Shown in pieces: positions 62,493 to 64,000 of a stretch of 64,000 bases of DNA; position 1 is the first letter of the stretch; the number at the start of each line of letters is the position of its first letter. The position numbers and the translations under genes are program-made. The notes under the pieces were generated by a model. That model was given only the letters and a program-made list of their open reading frames with translations, was not told where the DNA came from and searched no databases. The stretch covers positions 128,002-192,001 of the forward strand of contig JABJEK010000038.1 of the NCBI GenBank assembly GCA_018702955.1, written 5' to 3'. The DNA is from Rhodospirillaceae bacterium (GTDB lineage: Bacteria > Pseudomonadota > Alphaproteobacteria > UBA6615).

Positions 62493-63419
62493 ATGTATAT
62501 CGATCCGCAGATCAAAAGCTTTATCGACGGCCTCGCCGAGCTGGATATGCCGCACCCGGTCGAACTCGGCCTCGAGGAAACCCGGAACGGATTTAGTCAG
62601 CTCTGGCAGCAGGTCAATCCGCCGTCACGCGAACTGGCCAAGATCGAGGATATCCAGGTGCCCGGTCCCGCCGGAGACATCCGCACGAAAGTCTACACAC
62701 CGGCCGGGGACGGCCCCTTCCCCGTGCTCGCATTCTTTCACGGCGGCGGTTGCTGCATGATGGCGCCCGAGGATTATGACGGGACGAATACAGCGTTGGC
62801 CGAAGACGCCAGTTGTATCGTCGTCGTGCCGGCCTATCGCCGCGCGCCCGAGAACCCCTTTCCGGCACCGTTGGAAGACTGTTTTGCCGTATTCACCTGG
62901 CTGCAGGCGAATGCCGCCGACATCGGCGGTGACCCAAACCGTATCGCGATTGCGGGAGACAGCGGTGGTGGCTATCTGGCGGCGGCCGTGGCCCAGGAGG
63001 CAAAGCGCGAAAGTGCAGCCCAGCCCCTCACCCAGATCCTGATCTATCCGATGACGGACATGGGCGGCCTGCCACCGAGCCGGGTCGAGGAGACGATGTT
63101 TCTTGATGACCGCACCCTGCAATGGGTCATCGGCATGCATGTAGGCGAACACCGGCTCGATCCGCGCGCCTCACCGATTTTGGAGCCCGACGTGTCGGGC
63201 CTGGCGCCGGCGCTCGTGATTGCGGCACAGATCGACCCGCTGCGTGACGAAGGCCGGGCCTATGCCTCGAAACTTCAGAACGCGGGCGTACCTGTGCAGT
63301 ACCAGATCTACGACGGGGTGGTGCACGGCTTCTTCAGCATGGGCGGCTTTTGCGACCAGGGAAATGTCGCGGTGGCCCAGGTCGTGGACGCGCTCAAGAG
63401 CGCGTTCGCCCGCAACTAA
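62493..63419 (+). CDS. alpha/beta hydrolase fold-3 esterase/lipase (HGGG, GDSGGG)
   Basis: 308 aa. FFHGGGCCM, IAGDSGGGYLAAAV, C-terminal DPLRDEG and H triad. Confidence 0.85.
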   Translation: MYIDPQIKSFIDGLAELDMPHPVELGLEETRNGFSQLWQQVNPPSRELAKIEDIQVPGPAGDIRTKVYTPAGDGPFPVLAFFHGGGCCMMAPEDYDGTNTALAEDASCIVVVPAYRRAPENPFPAPLEDCFAVFTWLQANAADIGGDPNRIAIAGDSGGGYLAAAVAQEAKRESAAQPLTQILIYPMTDMGGLPPSRVEETMFLDDRTLQWVIGMHVGEHRLDPRASPILEPDVSGLAPALVIAAQIDPLRDEGRAYASKLQNAGVPVQYQIYDGVVHGFFSMGGFCDQGNVAVAQVVDALKSAFARN

Positions 63420-63468
63420 CATCCGTTCCCAAGGTCCGCTTCACACTCGATGCTATGCGCTGACGCGT

Positions 63469-64000
63469 CTAGAAAAGGAAATCGTCATCGTGGAGCGAAG
63501 CACGGTTGACGCCGATAAGCGTGATTTCGCTACCGGCACCCGTATCAATGATCGTGTCGGCGCCGTTCTGGCTTGAAGCATCAAGCAGTTCGGCCATGTC
63601 ATCGATGGTTGTAACGCCCGACAAGTCCAACCGGTCGTCGCTTCCCGCACCTGCAGCGAAGTCCATGACCCGGTCCGATCCGTCGCCGTCGGAGAAAACA
63701 AACAGGTCATCACCGCCATCGCCATAGAGCGTATCGTTGCCCAGATCGCCGTCGAGGATGTCGTTGCCGCCGCCACCCCGTATCAGGTTGTTCCCGACAT
63801 TGCCCGTGATCGTGTTGGCCTGGCCATCACCCGTCGCTTGAGTGTTACCGCCCCCCTGCATATCGATGATCTCGACACCGTTCGCCACGAAGATCGAACC
63901 CCACAGCTCGACCCTGTCGACACCGCTCGTGCCGCTGTCGTTGATCGTGTCGATCACGCCGACGATGTAGGTGTCACTGCCTTCGCCGCCATCCAGCAGG
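63469..64000 (-). CDS. RTX / haemolysin-type calcium-binding repeat protein, C-terminal part (gene continues beyond the right edge)
   Basis: GGGNDILDGDLGNDTLYGDGGDD nonapeptide repeats then a C-terminal secretion-signal-like tail. Stop at 63469. Confidence 0.7.
   Translation of the reverse strand, partial: LLDGGEGSDTYIVGVIDTINDSGTSGVDRVELWGSIFVANGVEIIDMQGGGNTQATGDGQANTITGNVGNNLIRGGGGNDILDGDLGNDTLYGDGGDDLFVFSDGDGSDRVMDFAAGAGSDDRLDLSGVTTIDDMAELLDASSQNGADTIIDTGAGSEITLIGVNRASLHDDDFLF

Overview
This is a high-GC (roughly 63-65%), gene-dense bacterial chromosomal segment in an alphaproteobacterial style. It has frequent 4-nt start/stop overlaps and many long antisense 'shadow' ORFs, which I do not call. 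The conserved core is a complete cbb3-type cytochrome oxidase locus, ccoNOQP-ccoGHIS (28.1-35.8 kb). Both ccoQ and ccoS are below the ORF-track size cutoff, and recognisable FNR/FixK boxes sit upstream of ccoN and of a neighbouring cytochrome c gene. Around this core lies a run of accessory catabolic modules: (i) at the left edge, the 5' end of a xanthine-dehydrogenase-family Mo subunit, followed by two tandem duplicated luciferase-like monooxygenases (LLM), an orphan MalG-like permease and an LVIVD beta-propeller protein. (ii) A GntR regulator and a CoA-ester module (enolase-superfamily enzyme, 3-hydroxyacyl-CoA dehydrogenase, crotonase and CaiB-type CoA-transferase). (iii) An oxidoreductase group: a hydrolase with a Gfo/Idh/MocA oxidoreductase, an SDR with an Ldh2-family enzyme, and a cytoplasmic BisC-like molybdoenzyme. 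(iv) A multi-PAS/GAF histidine kinase with a convergently overlapping single-domain receiver. (v) An all-minus-strand cluster of aryl-CoA ligase, alpha/beta hydrolase, cupin, alpha/beta hydrolase and RidA, with a DMT transporter and a class IV aminotransferase plus 3-hydroxyanthranilate 3,4-dioxygenase. (vi) A VOC dioxygenase, an MBL hydrolase, an HIBADH-like dehydrogenase, pirin, a PdxA-like dehydrogenase, an amidohydrolase, a DHPON-hydrolase-like hydrolase and an MFS exporter. (vii) An orphan xanthine-DH-family large subunit beside a NitT/TauT ABC transporter. (viii) A putative pyridine-ring cleavage module with a NicX-like dioxygenase translationally coupled to an HGGG-type hydrolase, a second DHPON-hydrolase paralogue, a third LLM and an esterase. 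Two otherwise intact genes are split by single in-frame TAG codons: a signal peptide separated from its ankyrin-repeat body, and a ~7-PAS-repeat protein. The PAS protein also abuts a truncated HlyD fragment, and an RTX calcium-binding repeat protein runs off the right edge. I read these as decayed signalling and type I secretion remnants. No rRNA, tRNA, CRISPR, transposase or integrase was recognised. All family assignments are by eye from motifs, and coordinates adjusted for internal start codons are best estimates.
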